DNA from: Malacoraja senta
Taxonomy: Eukaryota
Assembly: GCA_038087875.1 (NCBI GenBank)
Contig: CM075989.1
Span: 3,720,001 to 3,784,000, forward strand
DNA length: 64,000 nucleotides
Direction: 5' to 3'
Part shown: one piece after another, positions 41,017 to 54,145 of the stretch
How the letters are laid out: every line of letters begins with the position of its first letter
How positions within the stretch are numbered: the stretch's first letter is position 1
Position numbers and translations under genes: made by a program
Notes under the pieces: model-generated
What the model saw: the letters and a program-made list of their open reading frames with translations, nothing else
The model's database searches: none
What the model was told of the DNA's origin: nothing

Positions 41017-43330
41017 CATCTCTTATCTCATGCTCTGTTAATTAAGTACCTCTTCGCCTGCACTTACTCGATATGCCAATGCCAGAATATACTGAATGCC
41101 TCCCAATATATTGCTGCTCTATACACTTACAATGTGGCCCAGTTCATGTCCTTGCCCTATTCTAAACCACTGGTTGCCATGGAGATAATCTTGGGGACTA
41201 CTACTGAAATGTGCTACTTGGCACATTATTCCTTTGATGTGTCTCTGTTGAGTGTGGTGTGACCATTCTACAGTGTGAGGTGATGAATATTAAAGGCTGC
41301 AATACAGTTGTACTACACTATGCTTGGGGGTAAAGATTAACACAGGATATCAGTATCTGCCGGTAACATTCATGGCTTCCTACACTCTATCCAAATAGGA
41401 CAAGAAGATCCATGTGAGCCAATGTCATTGTTATTTTCCCCATGGATGCTTTGACCTTTGGAGAGGCAACGCTTGAGTGACCTGCAGGCCACTCCCACTG
41501 TGTCTTCTTTCCCCTACTATTCATGATGTCACCCAAACCATTCCACATCTCCATCCACTGCGACCATATCACCACTTGGCACTGCACTGATATCTCCATT
41601 GATAACAATGCCTCTACCTTTGTGAGCACAAAAAGCTGGAGTAACTCAGCGGGTCATCTCCGGAGAAAAGGAACAGGTGACATTTTGGGTCGATACCCTT
41701 CTTGAGGTCTGTACAGAGATACTGCCTGACCCGCCGAGTTACTCCAGCATTTTGTGTCTATCTTCGGTTTGAACCAGCATCTAGTTCCTTCCTTTAGACA
41801 CCCTCTCCATTTTTATTTTGTTTAGAGATACAGCATGGAAACAGGCCCTTCAGCCCACCAAGTCCACGTTGACCATCGATCACCTGTTCACACAAGTTCT
41901 ATGTTCTATATTATCCCACTTTCTCATCCACTTCCTGCATACTCGGGGCAACCTTTTCTTTACAGAGGCCAATTAACCTGCAGAACCGCACGTCTTTGGG
42001 ATATGGGAGGAAACCGGAGCACCCAGAGGAAACCTTCACGGTCACAGGGAGAACATGCAAACTCCACACAGACAACACCTGAGGTGAGGATTGAACCCAG
42101 GTCTCTGGCGCCATGAGGCAGCAGCTGTCACCCTGCAAACACACCACTGTAATAGCTTTTAGATCAAACTTATTTGTTCCTGTATCTACCATCAACTCAC
42201 CTGTCTTGTTACTAAAAGTACGTGCATTTATCCTTAAGCTTTCCTAAGGGTGGCGTAGCGGTAGAGTTGCTGCCTTACAGCGCCAGAGACCAGGGTTGGA
42301 TCCTGACTGCAGGTGCTGTCTGTACAAAGTTTGTACATTCAGCCCGGGTGCTCTGGTTTCCTCCCACACTCCAGACAAGCAGGTCTGTAGGTTAATTGGC
42401 TTCGGTAAATATTGTAGATAGTCCCTAGTGTGTAGGATAGTGCTGGTGTACGGGGATCTTTGGTCAGCACGGGCTCGGTGGGCCGAAGGTCCTGTCTCCG
42501 TGCTGTATCTTCAAACTAAACTAAACTAAAGCTGGTGACATTTTATAATTTATATTCTTCCTTCCCTGATTCACTTAGTGCTTATACTTTCTGCACTTTC
42601 CTGTCATGCTTTGATCGTTGTACTGTTCCTCAGTATCCTGTGTCATGTTCACTTGTTTCTTTTGATTTATTAAACTTCCTGTTATTAGAACCCTTGGCCC
42701 AAATTAATTTGAAGTCTGGTCTATAATTAAGTGATTTAGCAAGACAACTCATCCCAGGAAGCCCTTCCCTGTGAATGAATGAATGAATATGTTTTTTGGC
42801 CAAGTATTCACATGCAAGGAATTTGCCTTGGTGCTCCGCCCGCAAGTGACAACATGACATGCAGTGACACTGTGGAACAGCTTCGCCACGACGAGTGCCA
42901 GTGCTTCTCCACTTTGCCCCAAGGTGCTCATAATACCAATGCAGAAACCTCTTCCTCATGCATTCTATACTTTTATTATCCATGTAGACCCTCACAAGGT
43001 GAACTTTCCTGACCTCCTGTCTCATATTGCTCTATCTCCTATGTCAACTGTGCTTGCCTTAAGTTGTGGCATTCACTATTAGAGTCAGGAAGTCATGATG
43101 CAGCTCTATAGAACTTTGGTTAGGTCGCATTGGAGTGTAGTGTGGAGTTCTGTTCATCCCATTGCAGGAAGGATTTGAGGCTTTGGTGAAGATGCAGAAG
43201 AGGTCTACCAAATGATGCCTGGTTTAGAGTGAATTAGTTATAAGGAGAGGTTGGTCAAACTTGGATTGGGTTTCTCTGACTGCAGGGAAACCTGAGTGCA
43301 TAGAAGTTTAAATAAGAAGTATATAGAATA

Positions 43331-44529
43331 AGGGAGTTCGGTATTCCGCAAAATGCAAGGAATCATGGGATTTGTTAAAGGTCGAAGCTATAAATAAAAA
43401 TTGAACGAAGTGAGTATCGTTTGGGTCCGATTTTTTTGGTCTTTTTTCAGTTGGCGCCCGGGGGGGGGGGGGAGACCAGGCGGGGGGTGGTGGGGGGAAG
43501 ACTGGACCGGCTCATCCGCAGTTAGGACTGTCCCCGGTTCCCCCCATTTGAGTGTCCCATCCCCGCACGGAGTGCGGCCGGAGACGTCCGGGCCGACGGG
43601 ACACTGGCCTCCCGGCCCATCACCAGCATGGAGAACCCACAGGCCCACGGGCCCACAGCCAGCATGGAGAAGCGGCAACTCCAGCCAAACCCCGCTCCAA
43701 CTGCAGAGGAACACGCTCCCCGGTTGGCTGCTACGTCGACAAGTGCCAGTTCGCCCACGGCCTGGCCGAGCAGCGCTCCCTCAGCAGCCAACTCAAGTAC
43801 AAGCCACTTGCATACCACCGGCCTCTGCCCCTACGGTACCCGCTGCCACTTCATCCACAACCCCGAGGAGGAGCAAGGACCCCGGCCTCGCCTGCGCCAG
43901 AGCGCCAGCCTGGGCTCAACCTCCTCCGGCCCGGCGCACGACTGTGCCTCGCCGCGGGCGGCCTTCAGCCCCGACCTGGAGTTGGAGCTGGCCCGGATTC
44001 CGGGCTTGGGGCTGGGCAAGGGAGGGGGAGGGGGACGAGGTTGCTGCTGCCGCCAGCACCACCAACAGCACCAGCAGCTCCAGCGGGCACCCGGCCTGCC
44101 CATGGCCGGCAGGAGCCCGTCCACAGACTCTCTCTCTCCGACCAGGACGACTCCAGCAGCAGCGGCTCCAAGTCGCCCTTCTTCGAGCAGGGCCGGCGGC
44201 TGCCCATCTTCAGCAAGATCTCGGTGTCGGACTGAGGGGAGGGGGGTGGAGGTGGAGGGCTGCCGGGACCAACCCAGCGGGACAGGCAGAGCTGAGCTGG
44301 AGCCAGCGGCTGCAAGTCCGGGGCCGCCCCGCCAGCCCAAGGCCACCCCGGACAGGGACGGGAAACCGGGGACGACCCACAGCAACTCAAGAGCATCCGC
44401 AGCGACGGAGAGCCAGGCCCGACCCCAGACGAAACGCAAGCCTGCACACAATGCAGCACCACTGTTGCCAAGACTTTATAGCTAGTGACCTATGACCTGG
44501 GCATGCGCAGTCGGAATACTGAACTCACT
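43331..44529. mobile_element. Non-autonomous TIR element carrying a captured host-gene fragment (Pack-TIR-like)
   Basis: Ends AGGGAGTTCGGTATTCCG / CGGAATACTGAACTCACT (16/18 inverted match), TA on both sides; interrupts a CR1 ORF2 remnant. Confidence 0.75.
43729..44235 (+). pseudogene. Degenerate ZFP36/TTP-family (tandem CCCH zinc finger) fragment
   Basis: Y(V)DKCQFAHGLAEQRSLSSQLKYK, then in another frame HTTGLCPYGTRCHFIHNPEE and RPRLRQSAS, then SLSDQD…RRLPIFSKISVSD* (CNOT1-binding terminus). First half of finger 1 and the TELC of finger 2 are missing; two frameshifts. Confidence 0.9.
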
Positions 44530-47500
44530 TATTGGGAGGCATAGATCGGGTAGACAGTCAGAACTTTTTTTCCCAGGGTGCAAATGTCAAAGAGTAGAGG
44601 GCATACCTTTAAGGTGAGAGGGGCAAGTTTAAAGATGTGTGGGGCAAGTTTTTACACAGACTGGTGGGTGCCTGGATGTAGCTCAGTCAATCACACACGC
44701 ACCAACTCAGGACCAGGAGGCAAGGATTCCCTTCGAATGATGAAAAGGGAGGGGAAGAGAAGATTTGTCTGGTGGTACCCATTTGAGCATGGTGGAAATT
44801 ATGAAAGGTGGTTTGTTACTGACCTATACAGCGTGGAAGCAGGCCCTTCGGCCCACCTTGTCTAGGCAACCAAGTTGGCTAGGTCCATTTGCCGGCATTT
44901 TTCCCGCAGCCCTAAACCCTTCCTATCCACATATCTGTCTAAATGTATTTTAAAAGATATAATTATATCTGCTTCGGGTGAGGCAGCATCTATGGAGCGA
45001 AAGAAATAGGCAACATTTCGGGTCGAAACCCTTCTTCAGACTCCAGCATTTTTGTCTACCTTCGATTTTCCAGCATCTGCAGTTCCTTCTTAAACATTAT
45101 ATCTGCTTCAATAGCTTTCTCTGGCAGCTCATTCCAGATATGGATTATCTCTGAGTGGAAAATGTTGCCCCTGAGGTCCCTCTTAAAACACTCCCTAGTC
45201 ACCTTCAGCCTGTGCCCTCTCATTTCAGACATTGATTTAGAATCTTCTACCCTGGGAAAGACTGTGGGTATTCACTTTATCCTTGAGCGTTATGAACTTG
45301 TGCATTTATATCAGGTTACCCCTCAGCCTCATACATTCCAAAGGAAAAAGAATCCCATCTTATCCATCCTCTCCCTGTGACTCAAGCTCACAAGCCCAGG
45401 TAGCACCCGGTGAATAAGTCTGATGAAGTCAGCCCATGCCCTCACAGATGCTGCCTGACCTGCTGAGTTCCTTCAGTACTTTGTTTTCTTGTCAACATCC
45501 TGATGAATCTACACTTTCCAACTTAATTGCGTCTGTTCTTCTTATCGAGTCCACACACAAGATTAGAAGTTGTTCAGCCAGAGCTGAACACACTTCTCGG
45601 CATCTGCACAATGGTGACTGTCTTGTCACTTCTTGAGCGCGGTTGTGGAAAGATTGATGGAAACAGGGCCATGACGTGAACGCTCTTTCCTTGACCCAGT
45701 CGCATCTAATGATTGAAGACATTTCGTTTCTCTTTAGTTTAGAGATACAGCGTGGAAACAGGCCCTTCGGCCCACCGAGTCCGCGCCGACCAGCGATCCC
45801 TCATACATTAGTTCTATCTGACACACTAGGGCCAATTCACAGAACCCATTTAACGTACAAACCTGTACGTCTTTGGAAAGTGGGAGGAAACCCACGCAAG
45901 TCACGGGTAGAACGTACAAACTCCACGCAGACAGCACCAGTAGTCAGGATCGAACCCGGGTCTCTGGTGCAGTATGGCACAAACCGCCACTGTGCCATCT
46001 CGAGCTGATGGAGTGGAAAGTAAAGACTAGACAACAGACTGGGAAGAGAACGCATGGGTGCAGATGTATGGAAACAAGATGAGAGGAAGTTAAGACTTGC
46101 TTCAATTATGCAAGAGGGGATGTCACGGTTAAGTAAGAAAGATGTAGTTAAGTAAGTAGGTTCATGTCATAGGAGCAGAATTTGTTCATTCCGCCATCCC
46201 ATGGGCCAAACTCAGCAAAACATCAGTGAAGGTAGGTGCCCACTTGATAACCCCAATGATATACTTTCATCTACATGATCAGTTTATTATGTGCTTGTTA
46301 ACAAGTAGGTAGCTGATGATCGCATATGGTTAGTTATTGTCCTTAGCATAAGTTTGTATAATCAGTTTAGATAGTGCTTTGGGCTTGGTTTTCTTGGTTG
46401 AGCGCTTATCCTGGCGTTATAACACGTACTTTGTTTTTTAATTGTAATCGTGGCTGATTGAAGGCACTTGCATCAAGACTCTTCATCATACCAGATGCGA
46501 TGAAGATGTAGCGAGTGGGGGGATGGCAAGGAGGCCTTTCAGGAAGCGGGCGTGGACAGTGTTGTGGTCTGGGGCTCAGTTGAACACAATACTGACGCGT
46601 GTGAGGCGGTTGTGGTTTAACAAACTCTATTTCCAGTTAGCCTTGCATCAGCTCTCTGAGGCCACCTGCCACCTCTCCCTGAACTATGGCCACACCATTG
46701 AGCAATGTTTCATCAGCTCATATCCTTGAGCCACCCCTCTCCGCCTCCAGTCTCTCAGACCCCCAATGCTACACTGCACCTTCTCTGAGATCTGTAAGCA
46801 GCGCTATCCTGGTGCACGCTATCAGGAGTCACCGAACCATTCCCTCCACAGACGCTGCCTGACCAACCGAGTTACTCCAGCACTTTGTGTTTTGCAAGTT
46901 CATTTGTGGAGGCCATAGTCAAAATAAGTTCCTGATAATGTAATCTTTAATTCCATCTATCCCTTTATCTTTCTGTTGGCCTGGCAACTGGAGTGTGGGT
47001 GGAGTCTTTCATCACAGATACCATTGCCTTTCAAATTGATTCAGTACTGCCAGTCACCTATGCCTCACTCAGATCTCCATCTCTGGCCGCCACCATTAGC
47101 GGACAATACAGCTCACCCCCTCTATGACACACTGGTCAACCTGAGGAGCACCTTCAGCAACAGACTGGTTCCACCAAGATGCAGCACGGAACGCCACAGG
47201 AGATCCTTCTTCCCTGTGGCTCTCAAACAGTACAACTCCTCCTTCTGTCGTGGGGTAGACTGTTTCCCCTTACCTTCCCCCACCCCCCCTCTCCGATCTT
47301 TGCAATTCCCCAATCCTGGACTTTCCACTCGTCACTTTCATGTTCCTTCTATCTTGTTGTGTGCTTATGACTGTTGGCAGACTAATTTCCCTCCTGGGAT
47401 AAATAAAGTTCTATCGTATCGTACTCCAGTGATGACAAGTGTAAACCCAAGGAACAGCACTGCATATTCTGTCTGGGAATGTTGCAAACTGTGGAACTTA

Positions 47501-48284
47501 ACATTGGATGTAACAATTTCAGCCGACTGCCCTTGTTTCTCTCTCACCACCGACAACTGTGGCTGTGCCCTTTAGTTGCAACTTGTTGCTTTCCTGTCTC
47601 TAAATACCAGATGTTAATTAAAGTTAATCATGACAGTGATGGTCCTCCCTCTTGTTGGCTGCGGGGGCTGCGATCGCCCCGACTGCGGATGGTTCGATTC
47701 CCCCGACCGCGGGAGAATAAAGAGGGAAGAAGATTAGACTTTATTGCCTTCCATCACAGTGAGGAATGTGGGGAATCCACTGTGGTGGATGTTTATGTTA
47801 AAGTTTATGTAGATGTGTGTCTGGTTGTTTTTTTAAAATATGGCTGAATGGTAATCGAGTTTCACTGTACCTTAATTGGTACACGTGACAATAAACAGAC
47901 CTTTGAAACCTTTGTCTCAGACATCACCCTGTTTCCTCATTTTCTGCTCGTTTTCATACTCGTTTTCTCACTTTCCAAGTCCGGTGCAGGGTCCGAGACA
48001 TCAACTGTTTCTCTTGTCACTAATGCAGTTTGATCTGCTGAGCAATCCCTCACGTTCTGTCCTTGTTTCAGATTCATGGCATATTTTATTCCAATGTTCA
48101 TAATAGTTTCTCGCCAAAGTGGTTCGACCAGTGAAACGGCTTCATCAATCCTGTAAAACCTGTTAGATGAAACCTTTGATAAAATCTTCCCCTTACTGGA
48201 GCCAATGACCCAAAACATCTCCTAGCAAATCTCTCCACCGAAGCTGCCTCACCAGCTGAGTTACTCCAGCATTTTGTGTTTTGC

Positions 48285-48322
48285 TGGGTCTGAAGAAGGG
48301 TCTCGACCCGAAACGTCACCCA
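48285..48322 (+). ncRNA. Putative minimal type-I hammerhead ribozyme in the Penelope-derived repeat (representative copy)
   Basis: tgggt-CTGAAGA-a-GGGT-ctcg-ACCC-GAAAC-GTC-accca: both catalytic boxes, stem II, a short palindromic stem III and a GUC site. Confidence 0.65.
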
Positions 48323-48361
48323 TTCCTTCTCTCCAGAAATGCTGCCCATTCTGCTGAGTTA

Positions 48362-49473
48362 TGGGCCTGTCCCACTTAGGAGACGTTTTTTTATTTATTT
48401 ATTTTTTATTTTTATTTATTAGAAGTACATTACATTACAACCAATTACATTAGTACTCATCACGTATATCTTATTACAATTAATGTACTCTGTCATTTTT
48501 TACACTGATAAAAAGGAAAGGTGGAGATTAAGAAAAAAGAGAAAGTGAAGGAAAATAGTGAAGGTGTAAAAACGTGACAACAAGAAAGAACTGAGACCCT
48601 GTAGGAAAGAAATTAAAAAGAAAGGATTAAGAGATAGACCCTAAAGAAGAAAATAAAAGAGAAAGAGGAAAAAAGAAAAAAGAAAATACTTTATTATAAG
48701 CATTACGCAAATGGGATATACCAACTCATAGGAGACGTTTTAGGCGACTGCAGGAGACTATGCAGTTGCAACATGCTCGCCACATGTTCGCGGATGGTTG
48801 CCGGGGAGTCACCTTCATGGTCACGAGTAGTTCCCGCATTCTCAGAACTAGTCACGGCCTCATTATGGTCGCCGCGAATTTTTCAACGTGTTGAAAAATT
48901 AGCGGCGACTAGAATGAAGCCGCCATGGAGAGTAGCGAGAATTCTTGTGCCGTAGGTGGGTCGCCAGGAGGTCGTAGGTTCTCATAGGTTGTAGCCGGTG
49001 CTGTCCGGTGAATTTCATTGGCTCATTGGGAAAAAAAACATAAACAGTAGTTTTCAGAACCAAGGAGAACTGACCGATAATGTTAAATGTCCTCCGAGCT
49101 TCACAGACGTGTATCGCTGGCTTCTTAAAAGTTGTCTCCACTCCTTCTCCCCACCCATCTCCCCCTTCTCCCCCCTCTCCCCCCCCCTTTTAAAGGACTT
49201 AAGTGACCCTTCCCGTACACTGTGCTTTCACCATCTTAATTACAGCACCAATCTTCCTGTTCATCGCGGTCTGTGTCTGTATTTTCTCTCATTGGCTTCA
49301 AATCCACTGTTGCTGAAAATTTTACAACATGTTGAAAATTTAGCGGCGACCAGAAAGAGGCTACGACATTTTGCGCGACTGAGGAGACGACTCCCGGCGA
49401 CCACCGGCGAACATGTGGCGACAAACTAGTCGCCTGTAGTTGCCTAAAAAATCACCTAAGTGGGACAGGCCCA
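48362..49473. mobile_element. PIF/Harbinger-like MITE with a nested retroposed insert; related truncated copy ~1068-1540
   Basis: TIR TGGGCCTGTCCCACTTAGG / CCTAAGTGGGACAGGCCCA, flanks TTA/TGA, internal GTCGCC/GGCGAC repeats. Confidence 0.8.
48390..48728 (-). mobile_element. Poly(A)-tailed retroposed fragment (L1/Tx1-like 3' end)
   Basis: T-rich tail on + strand; 13-bp duplication TAGGAGACGTTTT at 48377-48389 and 48729-48741. Confidence 0.7.
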
Positions 49474-50336
49474 TGAGGAAACCTAAGCATTCATGGAGAA
49501 AATGTTCAAACTCCACACGGACAGCATCTGAAGTCGTGATTTAGAAGAAGGAACTTTCCATTGAATGGTTGTTCACCATGTTGGGGGTGAAGTGTACCGG
49601 ATGGTGGAGATGTCGTATGTAGTCTGGGACATGTTGGGGGAAAGAAAATACACAACTGATTGCATCTGATTTCTGGTCTCAGCTCCTGTTGGCGAGGTCT
49701 AGGTGTTTGTGAGCATTTCAACGTTCACAGGATACGGCTGTTGCTGGCAACACCCAGCATTTAATGTTTGTTGCTAATTCCCTGATATAGATGTTGCTCA
49801 GCTGTTTACTTGCTGCGAAGGGGTTAGCACGCAACAAAAGCTTTTCACTGTATCTGGGTACACGGGACAATAAAGTAAACTAAACTAAACAAGGACGGCA
49901 AGTTGTGTGTTAGTTTGCAGTCATTTGGTTGTCATGTGGTCACCGTCCTGCTGGCACCTACTGACTTTAAATTCCCCGATAGTCCTGATGGGATTTGAGG
50001 ATAGCTCTGGATCTTTCATCCGACCCGCCACAAATGAAATAGTTTGTGTTTCTACTCTCTGTCGGGAATAGTAGTTCTACTTATGATCATTATCAGGATA
50101 GTTCATGTGCTGAAGATGGAGCTGAGGGAATTATTGATGGCCTCGACTCACTCAAATAAACATCCCACTCACATGCCAAGGCTGACAGATTGATCGAAAG
50201 ATATAGCGTGGAAACAGGGCCTTCAGCCCACCGAGTCCACACCGCCCATCAATCACCCGTTTTAGTCCATTTCTATCCCGCTTTCGCATCCACTTCCTAC
50301 ACACACGGGGGTATTTACAGAGGCCATTTAACCTAC

Positions 50337-50640
50337 ACGGTGGTGCAGCAGTAGAGGTGCTGCCTTACGGTGCCAGAGACCCGGATTCGATCCCGACTAC
50401 GGGTGCTGTCTGTATGGTTTGTACGTTCTCCCCGTGACCTGCGTGAGTTTTCTCTGGGATCTCTGGTTTCCTCCCACACTCCAAAGAAGTACAGGTTTTG
50501 TAGGTTAATTGGCTTCGGTAAAATTGTAAATTGTCCCTAGTGTGTGTAGGGTGATGTTAGTGTGCTGGGATCGCTGGTCGGCACGGACTCGGTGGGCTGA
50601 AGGGCCTGTTTCCGCGCTGTATCTCTAAACTAAACTAAAC
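50337..50640 (+). mobile_element. tRNA-derived V-SINE (HE1-like), representative copy. Many others, e.g. 1903-2183, 8330-8610, 23775-24052, 25862-26135, 30855-31140, 42248-42530, 61925-62220, 63785-64000 (+); 32370-32647, 34205-34490, 38375-38670, 45735-45995 (-)
   Basis: A box GGTGCAGCAGTAG, B box GATTCGATCC, V-domain GTTCTCCCCGTGACC…GGTTTCCTCCCACA, CR1-like tail GGGCTGAAGGGCCTGTTTCC and (TAAAC)n. Confidence 0.9.
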
Positions 50641-51214
50641 TTAAACTACAGACCCGCACAGAGAGGAGAGTGGGATGTGGAGGAAGCCAGTGCTCCCAGA
50701 GGAAACCCACGCAGTCACAGGAAGAACGTGCAAACTCCACGCTGACAGGAGAATGAGTTTAAGAGGGAATAATAGATCAGACATGATCAAAGGAAGGAGC
50801 AGACTCGATGGGCCGAATGTCTTAATTCTGCATCCATGTGTTATGGTCTTATCTCCACACAGACAGCACCGGAGATCAGGATCAAATCCGGGTCTCTGCC
50901 ACTGTGAGGCAGCAGCTCCACCTGCTGCACCACTCTGCTACCCAAGAGCAAGCGTGAACTGTACCCACAGTAGCCGTCTCAGAACTCGCACACCCAGAGT
51001 GGAATCGAGCCACCTTCAATCTCAATGGATTCACTTAGTTTAATAAGTGTTTCTGGGAATGCTAGCAAGATGTTTGGAAATCTTTTGGAAGGAGTTCAGG
51101 CCAGAACCGTGAACTGCACACTGGGATGGGTTCCATTGCAGATGAAACATATTTTCAACCACTTCACAATAGAGAAAACTAATGCAAACTGGAGTGCACT
51201 CTGCAGATTCTCGT

Positions 51215-51912
51215 AGTCATAGAGTGATTTTGTGCAGAAACAGGCCCTTTGCCCCACTTGCTCACACCGGCCAACATTTCCCATCTTCACCAGTCCCAGC
51301 TGCCTGCGTTTGTTCCATGTCCCTCTAAACCTGTCCCACCCATGTACTTGTCTAATTTTTTCTTAAACGTTCCAATAATCCCTGCCTCAACTACCTCATC
51401 TGGCAGCTTGTTCCATACACCCACCACCCTTTGGTGAAAAAGTTACCTCTCAGATTCCTATTTAAACCTATGTCCTCTGGTTCTCGATTCACCTACTCTG
51501 GGCAAGAGACTGTGCGTCTACCTGACCTATTGCTCTCATGATTTTATACACCTCTATAAGACCACTCCTCATCCTCCTGCGCTCCAAGGAATAGAGACCC
51601 AGCCTACTCAACCTCTCCCTGTAGTTCAGACCCTCAAGTCCTGGCAACATCCTCGTAAATATTCTCTGTACTCTTTCCAACTTGACAACATCTTTCCTGT
51701 AGATAGACACAAAAAGCTGGAGTAACTCAGCGGGACAGGCACCATCTCTGGAGAGAAGGAATGGGTGACGTTTCAGGTCGAGACCCTTCTTCAAACATCT
51801 TTCCTGTAACATGGTGCCCAGAACTGAACACAATACTCTAAATGCTGCCTCAACAACGTCTTTTCCAACTGCAACATGACTTCCCAACTTCTATACTCAA
51901 TACTCTGACTGA
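51215..51912 (-). mobile_element. CR1 LINE 3' fragment interrupted by a Penelope-derived short repeat
   Basis: YRKDVVKLERVQRIFTRMLPGLEGLNYRERLSRLGLYSLERRRMR. Confidence 0.85.
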
Positions 51913-52417
51913 GTAATTCTCTTCCTATTAACTGATGTAGACAAAAGTACATTTTGTAGTGGTGGCCTTCGGCATGTTTAATAAAGAAAATGAGTTCTCC
52001 ACATGTTAAATATAGTTTCCGTTTGGAGATCTAGACATAGATACAATTCAAGAGATTTAATCTTTGACACCGTTTAATAGAGTAAAACACAAACTGATTG
52101 GTATTCATTGTCCAAAGACTATCATATATTATTAGAAAATACTTCCAATTATATAACTTGTATGTCACAGTTAGTTGACGTTCACCTCATTAAAAGGTAA
52201 TAATGCTGAATGCTGCAAGGTAGGGCACACTGACGATCAGGTAGATATGAACGGTTGTAAAGGGTTTGTCATGGGTTGAGTTGACAATCTGTAGCTGATG
52301 TAGCTCAACAAATGTAGATTTGTTGAGTTGACAATCTGTAGCTGATGTAGCTCAGCGGCCCTAGTTCTTGGTGGTAGAAATTATTGGTTTGGAAAGTGTT
52401 CACAATTTGGCCTTCAT

Positions 52418-53192
52418 GTGACCTCAAAGACCAAGGAACTCATAATAGATTACAGAAAGAAGAAAACGGACATTACACCACTAATCATCGATGGGGACGG
52501 TGTGGAGAGGGTGGCGGATTTCCTCTTCCTGGGAATCCACATTGAGGAGGACCTGACATGGAGCGTGAACACCTCTGCGCTGCTGAAAAAGGTCCAGCAG
52601 AGTGTACTTCCTGAGGGTGCTCAGGAAGAACAACATCACCCAGAGACTGCTGCTATCCTTTTATCGGTGCTCAATAGAAAGCATCTTAACATACTGTGTA
52701 TGCGTGTGGTACACCAGCTGCACAGCGGCTAAGAGGAAAGCGCTCCAGAGGGCTATTGACAACGCCCAGAAGATTATCGGCTGCCCTCTCCTCACCTTGG
52801 AGGACCTACACAGTTCCCACTGTCTCAAAAAATCCCAGAACATCATAAAGGAGATTTTCCACCCCGGTCACTCCCTGTTTGAACTGCTGCCGTCAGGCAG
52901 ACGGTACAGATCAATGAGGACAAGGACAAACAGACTCAAAAACAGTTTTTATCCCACAGCAATAACTACACTTAATGTAGCCACCAAATGAGTGCAGGTG
53001 TGCTACACACCAAAGGGACTGTGAAATAGACAGAAGAATGTTTTTTTTTTCATGTTATTTATTTTAGTTGTTTATTTTAGACTTTTGCTTTTAGAAAATG
53101 TGTGAATGGTGCACTGACTAGTTGGCATTTCTAATTTCGTTGTACATGTTTACATGTTATAATGACAATAAAGTATTCATTCATTCATTCAT
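52418..53192 (+). mobile_element. Rex1/Babar-type LINE 3' fragment; related remnants ~12655-12860 and ~47100-47420
   Basis: SKTKELIIDYRK, FLGIHI, YFLRVLRK…FYRCSIESILTYC…HPGHSLFELLPSGRRYRS; AATAAA and (ATTC)n tail. Confidence 0.85.
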
Positions 53193-53564
53193 GAATAACT
53201 ACATTGCATTTGTTGGACAGTGCACGCTACCAACATGATGTGCTGGAGTCAGAGTCCTACAGCGTGCAAACAGGCCCTTCGGCCCAACTTGCCCATGCCA
53301 ACCAACATGCCCCAGCTACACTAGTCCCACCTAGTGTAGCTGGGGCATGTTGGGGGGGGGCTTTCTGGAAGGGGGGGGCTTTCTGGAATGCTAGTATGGG
53401 TTGTGGGCTGAAGGGACAGGTTTCCAGAGGGCTAGTATGGATATTGTGGGCCGAATGGATTCTTGGGCTGGCGGCTCAGTCACTCAAGCCTGTTGTGCTG
53501 GCAGCTCACTCACTCACGGCTGGTGGGCTGGCAGTTGATTCACGGCTATTCCTTGAAATTCCAT

Positions 53565-53778
53565 TTCAAGCAGGGTGCAAGGCCACCAAATTCAAGTGCA
53601 GTTTCTTACCACTTGAAGCAGGGTGCAAGGCCACCAAATTCAAGTGCAGTTTCTTACCACTTGAAGCAGGGTGCAAGGCCACCAAATTCAAGTGCAGTCT
53701 CATACCGCTTCAAGCAGGGTGCAAAGCCGCCAAATTTAAGTGCAGTTTCATACCAATTCAAGCAGGGTGCAAGGCCAT
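53565..53778. repeat. 48-bp minisatellite, ~4.5 copies
   Basis: Unit TTGAAGCAGGGTGCAAGGCCACCAAATTCAAGTGCAGTTTCTTACCAC. Confidence 0.92.
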
Positions 53779-54145
53779 TAAAGACAGCAAGTCGTGACCT
53801 CTCCCTCCTCCATCTTGCAGAGACTGAGCCATGCCTACACTTCTGGGTTTTATAGTCCCTCCCCCCCTCCCACCAGATGCGGCGTGGCCTTCATGGTGTG
53901 ATTGACAGGAAAGAGAATCTCAACAATTTTTAAACACTAATAACTCTTTTATTTTTATCCGATGGGAAAAATCCTCGGCACCTGATGAGCGGAGGGGGAC
54001 TGAGTAAGATGGCCAAAAATCACAGCCATATGTGGTAGCGTTTTTTCTAAAATCAATATAAAGTGCAAACAGGAAGTGGTCAAGATTATACTTTTAATTA
54101 TATAGAAGGCAAGGCAACTTTAATTAGGCAAGGCAACATTAATTA

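Larger units (their letters stand above)
43078..44660 (+). mobile_element. CR1-type LINE ORF2 remnant split by the TIR cassette (pieces ~43078-43330 and ~44532-44660)
   Basis: QEVMMQLYRTLVR…EVY before the insert and GIDRVDSQN…SRGHTFKVRG after it. Confidence 0.8.

Noticed and set aside
43401..44495. 364-aa and overlapping long ORFs on both strands as novel genes
   Set aside because: GC-rich stop-poor sequence; recognisable homology is only the frameshifted ZFP36-like fragment.
52276..52353. Local ~30-bp direct duplication (TTGAGTTGACAATCTGTAGCTGATGTAGCTCA)
   Set aside because: Only two copies, consistent with ordinary slippage or repair duplication; no further structure.
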